Source: Escherichia phage E26. From it: DNA of 64,000 bases. Below, one piece after another: positions 27,477 to 36,886 of this stretch (position 1 is its first letter; every line of letters begins with the position of its first letter). The stretch is taken from sequence record MN655998.1. One strand, written 5' to 3'. The notes below the pieces were generated by a model. The model made no database searches, had not been told where the DNA came from, and saw nothing but the letters and a program-made list of their open reading frames with translations. A program made the position numbers and the translations under genes.

Positions 27477-27704
27477 TTATTTTACCTCTGGGATATAATC
27501 AATTATTAAAGAAAATTCATCTTCTGATACATTATAGCTATGTGAGATTGTACCCGTCAAGACCTCAAGATCCGGTGATTTGATATTGCACGGATCGATA
27601 ATCACCGGAACGCCGCAATCTCTCAAAAATAATTTGGCGAAATACGGCACGAGGTCAGTTTCAAACTCTGCTTCTTCCAGCAAACGGGAAATGTTAATTT
27701 TCAA
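27477..27704 (-). CDS. hypothetical protein
   Basis: ORF tiling. Confidence 0.4.
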   Translation of the reverse strand: MKINISRLLEEAEFETDLVPYFAKLFLRDCGVPVIIDPCNIKSPDLEVLTGTISHSYNVSEDEFSLIIDYIPEVK

Positions 27705-28227
27705 TCACATAAAATTGGTCCAGGCTAGGCAATTCCTCAGTCAATACATCTTCAACCTTTGGCGCTTTCGGTTTATTGACCGATTCCTCGTAGTTGTTGA
27801 TTTTATCGTAAATGTCCTGTATGAATGCCTCATCAGCAATCTGGCACATATCAGCGTCGCGTTCGTCATATACATGATGCACAAAATATTTGTATTTTGC
27901 GGCTGTCGCTGTTCTCTCTTTTTTAATGCGCTGTACAAAAGCATTAAAGCACGCTTGCGTGATGTAAGCATGAGGATTTTTATACTTTGTCTCGTCAAAA
28001 TTAATCAAACCCTTGACCGCCGCTTCGATTCCGTCGTCGATCATTTCTTCGCGCCATGTTTGACTATAACCAGAAAAGTTAAAACGACGTGATAGATTTT
28101 TAGAGATTTGCATAATTGCTAGGCCGATTTGATCGCTCATTGGAACTTGCCGACCTTCTGCTGCAATTTGTTGTTTCCAACGGCAAATTTCTTCGTAAAG
28201 CTCTTTATTGTTTACATAATCAGACAC
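27694..28227 (-). CDS. 55: late transcription sigma factor gp55
   Basis: [23 protein letters not shown]...[22 protein letters not shown] matches T4 gp55. Confidence 0.85.
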   Translation of the reverse strand: MSDYVNNKELYEEICRWKQQIAAEGRQVPMSDQIGLAIMQISKNLSRRFNFSGYSQTWREEMIDDGIEAAVKGLINFDETKYKNPHAYITQACFNAFVQRIKKERTATAAKYKYFVHHVYDERDADMCQIADEAFIQDIYDKINNYEESVNKPKAPKVEDVLTEELPSLDQFYVIEN

Positions 28228-28267
28228 TTCGCACCCTCGCTATTATTTAGGAAATAACCCTTTCGGG

Positions 28268-29737
28268 CTATTCCCCATTACCATTATACTTTCTTTGCTT
28301 AGTTATCCACACTCTAACCATCTCTACTGATTCACCATCAGACGGATCAAGAGTTTTTCCTTTTTTCTTCATGCGATACTTAAATCCGTTAAATCTTGCA
28401 TTCTCTTGCTCGTTAAAGTCGAACATCTTTTTAAATGATTTTCTCCCTTTACGCTCACCACATTCTAGCGGAATCATTCGGTCTGTTATTACATTGGCAT
28501 TAGGTAGAAACGTTTTTAGATAATCCACCAACGCCCAATCAGGAACATATAGATTAACATTCTCCTTGCTCTCGTTGTCTCTCAGGTTACAACGCAAACA
28601 TAATTGAAATGCTGGTTCCAGATAATCAGACACATGACGCGCTTTCAAAAACTCGTTTGTCGGGAGATCACAACTATTAGCAAGACCTTTTAAAATATCA
28701 ATCTCCCATCGTTGAGGGTTAAAGCTGAACATCACAGCAACATTTTTATGATGAATGTAAGAGTTAAGACCATAAGATCCGTAAGGTATCCGCTCACCAA
28801 TACCATTTGTGCACGCTTCACGGTCCCGATTCACGGTATAAATGAAGTCATCGCCACATTCATTTTTAACCATATCAACAAGACGTTCAAAGGTATTGTT
28901 TGTTTCTGACTGGTGACGCGACCAGCGTTCGGAGTCAGTCATAAGGATGATGTTAACTCTATCTGTATTTTTATACTCTTTGAAATATAGTCTGGATTCT
29001 AGCGCACTCGGAACAAAATCGCAATTTGCATAGTATCGTAGATACTTCCCACTATATGTATCAAAGAGATTTGCACATGCTATCGTAACCTTTTTAAAGT
29101 CTCCCCACGTACCGTGTTTGTTATCGTTCAAGAAAACAATTTTCGACCCATTCTTCCGGTGTCCTTCGTTATGTTTTACCATAACGTTGATTTTCTTCTC
29201 TAATAACGCCTCATAAAGCCCTCTAAGAGAAGAATCGATCATATCAGTACCATCCTTTGCACTTTCTATCTTTTCTTTGATAGCGGCCTTCTCAGAGTCT
29301 TTTAGAACTAAGTTCTGTAGGCATTCCGATTCGTCGGCGATTGGTTCGCAATGCTTCGTGATAAGTTCAAGATTAGACTTAAACGGATACTCATTAAATT
29401 CAACCAGTTGAGGAACTTCATCAATGTAAAGAGCATATTCACCAAACATTTTTGAACGTTCCATATTAGATAACGCTGTATGTGTAATGAATATCACATC
29501 AGCACCGTCTTTAACTGATTGCATTATCGACGCTTGCACTGTCTTAAGGCTTCTTAGTCTTGTGCTATCGATCAAGACAGCACGACCGCCCATTCTTTTA
29601 AACTTATTGTAAGATTGTTCACTTAAAACACGAGATGGCGAAGCAATAACCGCTTTTTCTTTTGTCTCTAGGACGTGGGAAAGTATAGCATCAGTTTTCC
29701 CCGCCGCTGGCAATGCGATTAATGTTTCAATCTTCAT
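28268..29737 (-). CDS. P-loop NTPase of unknown function with Cys/Lys-rich C-terminus
   Basis: Walker A-like ALPAAGKTD, Walker B-like LYIDEVPQ about 95 aa later; not recognised as a T4 core gene. Confidence 0.5.
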   Translation of the reverse strand: MKIETLIALPAAGKTDAILSHVLETKEKAVIASPSRVLSEQSYNKFKRMGGRAVLIDSTRLRSLKTVQASIMQSVKDGADVIFITHTALSNMERSKMFGEYALYIDEVPQLVEFNEYPFKSNLELITKHCEPIADESECLQNLVLKDSEKAAIKEKIESAKDGTDMIDSSLRGLYEALLEKKINVMVKHNEGHRKNGSKIVFLNDNKHGTWGDFKKVTIACANLFDTYSGKYLRYYANCDFVPSALESRLYFKEYKNTDRVNIILMTDSERWSRHQSETNNTFERLVDMVKNECGDDFIYTVNRDREACTNGIGERIPYGSYGLNSYIHHKNVAVMFSFNPQRWEIDILKGLANSCDLPTNEFLKARHVSDYLEPAFQLCLRCNLRDNESKENVNLYVPDWALVDYLKTFLPNANVITDRMIPLECGERKGRKSFKKMFDFNEQENARFNGFKYRMKKKGKTLDPSDGESVEMVRVWITKQRKYNGNGE

Positions 29738-30042
29738 TAGAAACCCTTACGTCGTGCTTTCTGGCATTTCTTGATCATTTTATCAGAAATTTCGCGCTTA
29801 GGTGCAAGCTCTTTCACACCGAAAGCACTAATGCCAAATTCAGAGAGAATATATTCAACCAACAATTCACGCACACGCGCTTTACCGATATTCACGCCGT
29901 TATTTTTCAGATATGTCTGGCCTTCGACTTGCATCAGATCTAAATCTGCGTCGGTAATATTGATTTCTTCCCTGCGCCCAAATCGAGAATAAACCATGTG
30001 TGCGATTGCATTGTGTACTAACATAATATATTCCTCACTCAA
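29737..30042 (-). CDS. hypothetical protein
   Basis: ORF tiling; track start is TTG. Confidence 0.4.
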   Translation of the reverse strand: MSEEYIMLVHNAIAHMVYSRFGRREEINITDADLDLMQVEGQTYLKNNGVNIGKARVRELLVEYILSEFGISAFGVKELAPKREISDKMIKKCQKARRKGF

Positions 30043-30045
30043 GAA

Positions 30046-30204
30046 TTACTTAATGATACTTACTTTACCAGATCCATGACAATGAGCGCAACACCCATCA
30101 CCGCGCAATCCTGTCCCGTTACAGTGTTTACACGTCTTCAACGGTAAAGCCATTATAGCAAATAAAGCAATAATGAACACCGAAACTAAATTCTCAATAA
30201 TCAT
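30046..30204 (-). CDS. membrane-anchored DnaJ-type zinc-finger microprotein (52 aa, below track cutoff)
   Basis: Hand-translated MIIENLVSVFIIALFAIMALPLKTCKHCNGTGLRGDGCCAHCHGSGKVSIIK; GAGGG RBS. Confidence 0.35.
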   Translation of the reverse strand: MIIENLVSVFIIALFAIMALPLKTCKHCNGTGLRGDGCCAHCHGSGKVSIIK

Positions 30205-30463
30205 AAATCGCCCTCAGTTCTTTATAGCCTCCAATGTGCTCGTTGTCAATGAATATCTGGGGGTATACAAACCGGAGGCTCTTTGAGTTTAGCCTCCCCG
30301 CCAGCTCTTCAATCATATCACGGTCGGGAATAATGTCAACCCCGACCTGCTTGAATACTGGTTTAAGTGTATACGGAATACCCAGATCATCCAGTAGCTT
30401 CATTGCACCAATACAACCATAACAATGATAAGCCTCTTTCGGTATACCGTATATCTCGATCAT
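30194..30463 (-). CDS. nrdH: glutaredoxin-like protein (NrdH-like)
   Basis: CYGC active site, 89 aa, glutaredoxin fold pattern; adjacent to nrd genes. Confidence 0.65.
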   Translation of the reverse strand: MIEIYGIPKEAYHCYGCIGAMKLLDDLGIPYTLKPVFKQVGVDIIPDRDMIEELAGRLNSKSLRFVYPQIFIDNEHIGGYKELRAIYDY

Positions 30464-30966
30464 TTCTCAGCCTTTAATCTTTCTAGTTCTTCTTCCAGTT
30501 CCTTAATGCGCTTCTCGCGTTCAATATCACGTTGGATCTTAGTGGCGAATACTCGTTTAAACTGATTATAGTCATCAATTTTAAATACTTCCTCTTCACC
30601 ATATCGACGTACAGAAACTTCGTAGTTGTTGAAAAATTGTTCCAACATTGCATCAGTGGTCAGTTCTGCCGATACCACTTTAAAATGACGTTCTTCTGAT
30701 TGCAAAAACCAGTTGTGCGCGTATTCCCGTACATCATCAACATTGCGGCAGGTGTATACCGTGCCATCAATTTCAATCACAGAAACATAATTCACATCCG
30801 ATGCATGGTGATCAAATGCGATAACTTTAAATGGACGGTCGCCTATAAACTCTGCTATTGCATCATTTGCAACGCTAAAGTTTGCAAAATCTTCTCTCGT
30901 TTTCTTATCTTTCCACTGATAGGTCACGCCAGCAACAAACATATTACCATCCTCGCTCTTTACCAA
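30460..30966 (-). CDS. paralog family A member 1
   Basis: GVTYQWKDKKTREDF N-motif, C-terminal coiled coil; similar to neighbours. Confidence 0.55.
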   Translation of the reverse strand: MVKSEDGNMFVAGVTYQWKDKKTREDFANFSVANDAIAEFIGDRPFKVIAFDHHASDVNYVSVIEIDGTVYTCRNVDDVREYAHNWFLQSEERHFKVVSAELTTDAMLEQFFNNYEVSVRRYGEEEVFKIDDYNQFKRVFATKIQRDIEREKRIKELEEELERLKAEK

Positions 30967-31480
30967 TCAAAAATTCAACTTCACGACGTTTAATGTCTTC
31001 TTGAAGGTCTTTAATCTTCTGTCGATCTTGCATGATTTCGTCCATCTTGTCAAGTGCTGTAATGAAGTCATCGAAACGTTCAAAGGTTTTACCTTCATTT
31101 GCTTCGCCAAATTTAACCATTGTCAGGCCGTAACGACTACTAAACAGACGTTTCAACTGTCCAACGATTTTAGAATCAGTGGTTATAACTTCCAATTCTT
31201 CTACTTCACGAAAGAATTTTCTATCGAATGGACTAAAGAAATATGTTGACGTCCAAATGTCTTTTCCTGTAGCAGTTTTCGTCGTATGCTCGACCCCATC
31301 GAGTTCTATTACATTAATCCAACCATTATCATCGATCTCGATGATGGTAAATGGCTTGTCACCAATAGCTGCACTAATATCGCTGTTAAGTGGAGAAAGA
31401 ACACCTTCTCCGTTAGTAATAAACTCAGTTTTAGCGTTTTCGTCTTTCCAGGTGTAAGTTTTACCAATTTCCCATTTCAT
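30944..31480 (-). CDS. paralog family A member 2
   Basis: GKTYTWKDENAKTEF; C-terminal FITALDKM + coiled coil. Confidence 0.55.
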   Translation of the reverse strand: MKWEIGKTYTWKDENAKTEFITNGEGVLSPLNSDISAAIGDKPFTIIEIDDNGWINVIELDGVEHTTKTATGKDIWTSTYFFSPFDRKFFREVEELEVITTDSKIVGQLKRLFSSRYGLTMVKFGEANEGKTFERFDDFITALDKMDEIMQDRQKIKDLQEDIKRREVEFLIGKERGW

Positions 31481-31492
31481 AATATAGTCCCC

Positions 31493-31993
31493 TTAACCGA
31501 TTTTATCAAGTTCGTTTAATGCTTTCTCTGCTTCCTGTATAGCTTGCACCCTTTCCGGCATTTTGTCAAGAAAATCTTTCAACTCTTCAAAACTGGAGAT
31601 ATGACGCAAGGCGTTAGCACCGATAGCCGCATGTGATTTGCATTCAAAGCGGATTTTATAATTATCCATCGCCAATTTGAGAAGGTCTATTAGATCATAT
31701 TCATGACCAGGCAATAAAACTTCTTTGAAGCACGCTCGGTCGCCATCGGAAAACCATATATTATCACCAACATCGATAGAACTAATATAATCCCCTTCGT
31801 GATTATAGATTGAACGTACATTACCCCAACGGTCTACCGTAGCGACAGTAAATGGTTTATCTAGATATGTAAACACACCATCAATATTAGGTTTTTGTTC
31901 GTAACGCCAACCATCACGCAAAATACGCTTTTCGTCCTCACCAACCAACTTATATGTCTTCCCTTCTTCCCATTTCATAATATCATCTCTCAT
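31493..31993 (-). CDS. paralog family A member 3
   Basis: GKTYKLVGEDEK; C-terminal LKDFLDKMP + coiled coil. Confidence 0.55.
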   Translation of the reverse strand: MRDDIMKWEEGKTYKLVGEDEKRILRDGWRYEQKPNIDGVFTYLDKPFTVATVDRWGNVRSIYNHEGDYISSIDVGDNIWFSDGDRACFKEVLLPGHEYDLIDLLKLAMDNYKIRFECKSHAAIGANALRHISSFEELKDFLDKMPERVQAIQEAEKALNELDKIG

Positions 31994-32519
31994 TTTTGAT
32001 ACGTGATTCTAATTGGATCATACGGTCGCGCGTTTGCTTATATTCGCGGATAGCACCGATTCGGCTAGGCATACCATCCAGTACGCTCTTAATACCTTCT
32101 AGGGTAGTGATTTTAGCAATGCTATTATGCAATCCTGTCTTATCGATCAACTGAATGTCGTAGGCTTCCATAAGCAGACCCAGACGTTCTAAAGTTAGGT
32201 CTTCTTCTTTTTCTTCCGATTCTGGAATCTTAGGTTCAATAGTAACTTCGGTAAAGAAACGACGCTCAGCAGCCCAAAACCACACACCGGAACAGCCAAT
32301 AGGGGATTCTTTTAACGTCATAGAGTCGAAATCACTACCAATAATAGTAATTTCTCTAACATCACCATCATCGTCAATGTCTTCTACCATAAACGGGCGA
32401 CCAGCCAACAAGTCCACAATACATCTGTTAATAGACGACGAAAATTTAGTCAGTTCGGCTTTCGACGCTTCGCATTCAATCTTGTAAGTTTTACCAACTT
32501 CCCATTCCATAATAATCAC
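31983..32519 (-). CDS. paralog family A member 4
   Basis: GKTYKIECEASKAEL; C-terminal IKSVLDGMP + coiled coil. Confidence 0.55.
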   Translation of the reverse strand: MIIMEWEVGKTYKIECEASKAELTKFSSSINRCIVDLLAGRPFMVEDIDDDGDVREITIIGSDFDSMTLKESPIGCSGVWFWAAERRFFTEVTIEPKIPESEEKEEDLTLERLGLLMEAYDIQLIDKTGLHNSIAKITTLEGIKSVLDGMPSRIGAIREYKQTRDRMIQLESRIKNER

Positions 32520-32520
32520 C

Positions 32521-33030
32521 TCAAATAATTTTCACTGGAATACTATTAACAATCTTGTATTGTACTTGATTGTCAGACCCCCGCCACGGCTTCTTCGTTG
32601 GCATATCTTTAATATAACGACCATCTATGAACATGTCAACTGATTCTACAATTTTTCTTTGCTCATCATTCAATTGGTCAAGGGTATAACCGGACCATAG
32701 CCAAATATCTTTATTTGGCATCCATGATTTTACTTCATCGATGATCCGCTGTACACCCTTTAAATTGCGTTTATACAGCGGATCACCACCTAAGAATGTT
32801 AACCCCTGAATAAAATCAGGTCTAAGCAGATCCAGAATCAATCCCATTGTATCATCGGTGAATGGTTCCCCGTTCTTAGGATTGAGTAGGCTAGCATTAA
32901 AGCAACCATCACATGCGTGTGAACATCCGGTAACGTAAAGGGAGACTCTCACTCCCTCACCGTTAACCATATCACAATCTTTAATATCGGCATAGCGTAG
33001 TTTGCCGTATGTATCAGAACTCATATTCAA
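32521..33030 (-). CDS. nrdG: anaerobic ribonucleotide reductase activating protein (radical SAM)
   Basis: CxxxCxxC cluster CSHACDGC; 169 aa; adjacent to nrdD. Confidence 0.85.
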   Translation of the reverse strand: MNMSSDTYGKLRYADIKDCDMVNGEGVRVSLYVTGCSHACDGCFNASLLNPKNGEPFTDDTMGLILDLLRPDFIQGLTFLGGDPLYKRNLKGVQRIIDEVKSWMPNKDIWLWSGYTLDQLNDEQRKIVESVDMFIDGRYIKDMPTKKPWRGSDNQVQYKIVNSIPVKII

Positions 33031-33166
33031 TTACCCCGAACTCGTTTACAATCTGCGCTTTATAGTAACCACCGCGAGATGCTAATAGATAAGCTGGGCT
33101 TAGGTATTCGTATTCACGGATTTCTACTTGTGCGTTTTCAGTTTCCCAAATCAGTAAAGTCCACAT
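33014..33166 (-). CDS. small hypothetical protein (start after promoter cassette)
   Basis: Track ORF 33014..33241 includes promoter; ATG at 33166 follows AGGAGAATCAAAT. Confidence 0.4.
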   Translation of the reverse strand: MWTLLIWETENAQVEIREYEYLSPAYLLASRGGYYKAQIVNEFGVIEYEF

Positions 33167-33208
33167 ATTTGATTCTCCTGTAAAGTTGTATCTCGTCTTG
33201 ATGAATAT

Positions 33209-33237
33209 AGTATAGGGGATCGCGAGATCCCCGTCAA
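33209..33237 (-). promoter_or_regulatory. early promoter cassette (TTGACG-N17-TATACT)
   Basis: Palindrome GGGGATCGCGAGATCCCC in spacer. Confidence 0.45.
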
Positions 33238-33241
33238 GCAT

Positions 33242-33775
33242 TTATTTTAAATTTTTTCGAATGTATTCAGACCATTCCTTCCCTGTCAGTTCGGTCCCAT
33301 TCTGGAAACTGAAATATTCATACGGCATCGAGTCAAGATAAAACAGGATCATACATCGCGCCATATAATACCAATCACGATTAAAGTAAACTACGTTATC
33401 TCCAGTACCATCAGCACCTTTATCATAACCATCGCGGGTACGGGCGACCCATTGAATGGTATCATTTTTCTCACGGATAGTAACAGGTTCCCAATATCCA
33501 GCACACCCAGCATGACCACACGAACAAGTAAGGAAATATTGACCTTTTGCTTTGTTGTCATCCCATTCACGATGGATTGGTTTGATCTCGTGAAACAGTG
33601 CCAAACAATCATGATTATGCAACACTGGCTTACCATCAATCAATGCATGGAATGTATACAAACGACCCGTAGACAAATAGCTATCCTCACGCTCAACCAG
33701 TTCAATAGCAATCTTTTTAGCTCGTTCTTTGTGTCGTTGTGCTTTACGTTTACGGTTTAATGATTTCATAGTCAC
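33242..33775 (-). CDS. hypothetical protein with Cys/His cluster
   Basis: CSCGHAGCAGYWE; no family recognised. Confidence 0.45.
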   Translation of the reverse strand: MTMKSLNRKRKAQRHKERAKKIAIELVEREDSYLSTGRLYTFHALIDGKPVLHNHDCLALFHEIKPIHREWDDNKAKGQYFLTCSCGHAGCAGYWEPVTIREKNDTIQWVARTRDGYDKGADGTGDNVVYFNRDWYYMARCMILFYLDSMPYEYFSFQNGTELTGKEWSEYIRKNLK

Positions 33776-33786
33776 CTCACATTATT

Positions 33787-34326
33787 TCAAAGATCGCGAT
33801 ATTGTACATTATGAAAATGAGAACTTGCATTACCAATATTGTAGATAACAAATTCTTCATCCGGCGCTTGCGCTACAAATTGAGTATGAGCAACCGCCAC
33901 AACCTTAAAAATACGATCCGTGATCTTGTGTTTAATTTCTGCCCCTACTTCCATAGGAACATATTCATTTGTTTCTGTTTCAGTCGCAAAACAGCCATCT
34001 TCTTCATAAGCACGAACAAATCGGTCGCAATCAGTACGCTTAACAAATTCAAGAGTATATAATTCTCGTGAATTGTCGGTATAGACCAATACAGAATTAT
34101 TATGATAGCGAATCACATACAGGTTATTATCATCGTCAATTACACAAAAGCTACGGATTCCTTCGCCTTGACTCCAGCAGACATTAACCACCGTTCCTCT
34201 AATAAAAAAACTTTCCTTTAAATTAAAACTAGTCAATGTGCTAGCGTGCATTTTAACAACAACACCATCGCCAATTTCCAGTTTACGAAGTTTAACTTCT
34301 TTGCTCAGTACACAAAACATCATCAT
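33787..34326 (-). CDS. hypothetical protein
   Basis: ORF tiling; preceded by promoter cassette. Confidence 0.45.
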   Translation of the reverse strand: MMMFCVLSKEVKLRKLEIGDGVVVKMHASTLTSFNLKESFFIRGTVVNVCWSQGEGIRSFCVIDDDNNLYVIRYHNNSVLVYTDNSRELYTLEFVKRTDCDRFVRAYEEDGCFATETETNEYVPMEVGAEIKHKITDRIFKVVAVAHTQFVAQAPDEEFVIYNIGNASSHFHNVQYRDL

Positions 34327-34355
34327 GTTGTCCTCTCGTTGTTTTCGATGTGAGC

Positions 34356-34383
34356 ATTATACATTAGCTAATCAGGTTGTCAA
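34356..34383 (-). promoter_or_regulatory. early promoter cassette (TTGACA-N16-TATAAT)
   Basis: Immediately downstream of nrdD terminator. Confidence 0.5.
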
Positions 34384-34395
34384 CACCCAAAAACG

Positions 34396-34420
34396 AAAAA
34401 GCCGACCCTTTCGGATCGGC
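34396..34420 (-). terminator. rho-independent terminator after nrdD
   Basis: GCCGATCCGAAAGGGTCGGC + UUUUU. Confidence 0.55.
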
Positions 34421-34426
34421 TGAAAA

Positions 34427-36289
34427 TTACATGTGCTTAACGCGGTTTACCATCTCGGAGTGTTTCCCGTGGTTGAATGGACGCAGATCAACAGATCCAA
34501 GATATCCACTAACGCGACGGATAACATTCATCTTTTCCAGATTGTCGTTGCCGCAATCAGGACAAACAAAACCAGACTCGGTCGCTCTCATTTCCTTATT
34601 AGATCCGCATACATGACATACATCAGAAGGAGTATTAACACCGAAGTAGTGCAATTTATCCATTGCATAGTCTACTACAGTTTCAAGACCTTTCAGGTTG
34701 TTTTTCATGTCTGGGAACTCAACATAAGAGATCATGCCACCGGACGCCAGCCAGTGATAATCTTTCTCAAAGTCGATTTTCTCAAATGGTGTGACTTTCC
34801 GGTCTACGTCAAGGTGGAATGAGTTGGTGTACCAGTCTTTATCGGTAGCACCCTTAACAATACCAAATTGCTCTCGATCCAGTCGATTAAATCGATAGCA
34901 AAGGCTCTCGGCTGGCGTACCGTAAAGACTAAACCCAAGTCCGGTTTCATCCTTCCATTTTTCAGTATAATGACGCAAGATCTTAAGAATATGTTTACCG
35001 TATCGCTGCGCATCTTCCGAATCAAACGGATGAACACCAAACAGGACGCTCAATACCTCATGTAAACCAATATATCCAAGAGAGATACTAGCGCGACCAT
35101 CTTTCAACACTTCCAAAATTTCATCGTTTTGATGAATACGGAAAAATGCACCTTCTGTATACAGCACCGGAGCAACATTGGCTTTAGCGCCTTTTAAAGC
35201 GTCTACGCGACTCATGAGCGCATCAAAGCAAATAGGCATACGATTGGCTAGCTCTTGTTCGAATAGCTCAATTCTGCGCATTACAGACGCTTTACCAGCA
35301 CGAAGCGCGGCAATAAGGGCAATACGCGGAAGATTCAGAGTCACAACACCTAAGTTATTACGTCCGTCTAATACTTCTTCGCCTTTCTCATTATGCCACA
35401 CACCCAGGAAGCTACGACAACCCATCGGGCTAACCGGAACACTAGATCCAGTGATGCTACGGTTATTCTTCGCAGAGATATAATCAGGGTAAAGACGCTT
35501 ACTAGAACATTCCAATGCAAGTTGCTTAATGTCGTAGTTCGGATCTTCCGGTTTAAGGTTTAATCCTTCTTCTAAGAACATCACCAGCTTAGGAAACACC
35601 GGAGTTATACCATCTTTACCTAAACCTTTAGTTCGAACTTTCAGGATCGCTTTCTGAATCAGTTTTTCTTCCCAGCTAGTACCCATACCAAAGGTTAAAG
35701 TCACAAAAGGCGTTTGACCGTTGGTGGAGAACAAAGTGTTGATTTCATATTCCAACGCTTGATACCCGTCTAAAGTTTCTTTTTCTGTCTTCTCTTGTGC
35801 ATAGAGAGTATCAGCTTTGATTCCGTAGGTTTCGGCATCAGCAAGGTGTTTATGATATGTTTTCTCAACGTATGGCGCTAAAACCTGATCGATGTTTGCA
35901 ATTGTGGTCCCGCCATATTGATGACTTGCCACCTGTGCGATAATTTGAGCGGTTACAGCACAAGCAACGCCGATTGATTTCGGACTTTCGATTTGTGCGC
36001 TACCCAATTTAAAACCATTCTCTAACATGTCTTTGAGATTAACAAGACAGCAGTTAGTAAACGGCATAGCGGGTGCATAATCCATATCATGATAATGAAT
36101 ATCACCGTCTACATGCGCTTTATAGATGTGCTCAGGTAACACGGTTTTAGCAATCTGTTTAGACACAGCACCAGCAATCAGATCTCGACGTGTCGGGAAT
36201 GTTCGCGCGTCTTTGTTCGCGTTCTCTTTGCTTACTTCGTTTTCTTTACCCGTTGCGATCTCTGTAATGTCTTTGATTAGTTTTTCCAT
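34427..36289 (-). CDS. nrdD: anaerobic ribonucleoside-triphosphate reductase (glycyl radical enzyme)
   Basis: 620 aa; C-terminal glycyl radical motif RVSGYLG and zinc ribbon CHVCGS...CPDCG. Confidence 0.95.
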   Translation of the reverse strand: MEKLIKDITEIATGKENEVSKENANKDARTFPTRRDLIAGAVSKQIAKTVLPEHIYKAHVDGDIHYHDMDYAPAMPFTNCCLVNLKDMLENGFKLGSAQIESPKSIGVACAVTAQIIAQVASHQYGGTTIANIDQVLAPYVEKTYHKHLADAETYGIKADTLYAQEKTEKETLDGYQALEYEINTLFSTNGQTPFVTLTFGMGTSWEEKLIQKAILKVRTKGLGKDGITPVFPKLVMFLEEGLNLKPEDPNYDIKQLALECSSKRLYPDYISAKNNRSITGSSVPVSPMGCRSFLGVWHNEKGEEVLDGRNNLGVVTLNLPRIALIAALRAGKASVMRRIELFEQELANRMPICFDALMSRVDALKGAKANVAPVLYTEGAFFRIHQNDEILEVLKDGRASISLGYIGLHEVLSVLFGVHPFDSEDAQRYGKHILKILRHYTEKWKDETGLGFSLYGTPAESLCYRFNRLDREQFGIVKGATDKDWYTNSFHLDVDRKVTPFEKIDFEKDYHWLASGGMISYVEFPDMKNNLKGLETVVDYAMDKLHYFGVNTPSDVCHVCGSNKEMRATESGFVCPDCGNDNLEKMNVIRRVSGYLGSVDLRPFNHGKHSEMVNRVKHM

Positions 36290-36333
36290 TGTATCACCTA
36301 TGAAAAAGCGGGATTTCTCCCGCTCGTTGATAG

Positions 36334-36828
36334 TTATTTTACCAGTTCTGCTAATTCTTTTTCCGCCGCTTCCAGTTCAGCTTTAAGCTGTTTAATCTCT
36401 TGTCGCTTCTTATTAGCGGCTTCCTGCTTACTATTTCGGATAACCTGATCTAGATACAACTCCCAATCCTGAATATTTTTGATAATGTAGCCGTCAACAT
36501 TAATTGGTCGTAGATTCAGTACAGCTTCCAGTTTAGTCGCAAAAACTTTAATTGCTGGTGTGAAGTATTCATATTCGTTATCTTCAAACCAATAACCTAG
36601 ACTTGCATTATCAATACGAAGACGAAGTTCAAGATCAAGGTCTTTATCTTCGGTGTAAAGATCTTTCACCTGACCCAGCGAACTAACAACAACTTTAAAA
36701 CGAATTTTATCTACACCACCAAACACATCAGTAAGTATACCAGCAATTGAGCTATTAGCGCAAGATTGGTCGCTGAATGCGTCAAGGTTTTCTTTAGTTA
36801 CAGTATACCAAACATCTTGTACCCACAT
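36334..36828 (-). CDS. paralog family A member 5
   Basis: C-terminal coiled coil KQLKAELEAAEKELAELVK; family-like N-domain. Confidence 0.5.
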   Translation of the reverse strand: MWVQDVWYTVTKENLDAFSDQSCANSSIAGILTDVFGGVDKIRFKVVVSSLGQVKDLYTEDKDLDLELRLRIDNASLGYWFEDNEYEYFTPAIKVFATKLEAVLNLRPINVDGYIIKNIQDWELYLDQVIRNSKQEAANKKRQEIKQLKAELEAAEKELAELVK

Positions 36829-36858
36829 AATATAATCCTCTCGTTGTTAAGTGGGAGT

Positions 36859-36886
36859 ATTATAGCATACTCCCTTCGCATGTCAA
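36859..36886 (-). promoter_or_regulatory. early promoter cassette (TTGACA-N16-TATAAT)
   Basis: Stem GGGAGTAT/ATACTCCC spans -10. Confidence 0.5.

Noticed and set aside
30151-30175. MotA-box-like TTGCTTTA followed by TATAAT
   Set aside because: The two are only 5 nt apart and lie inside the zinc-finger microprotein coding sequence.
34427-36289. Possible group I intron or intron-encoded endonuclease in nrdD
   Set aside because: nrdD reads as one uninterrupted 620-aa ORF ending in the glycyl radical motif; no insertion is evident.
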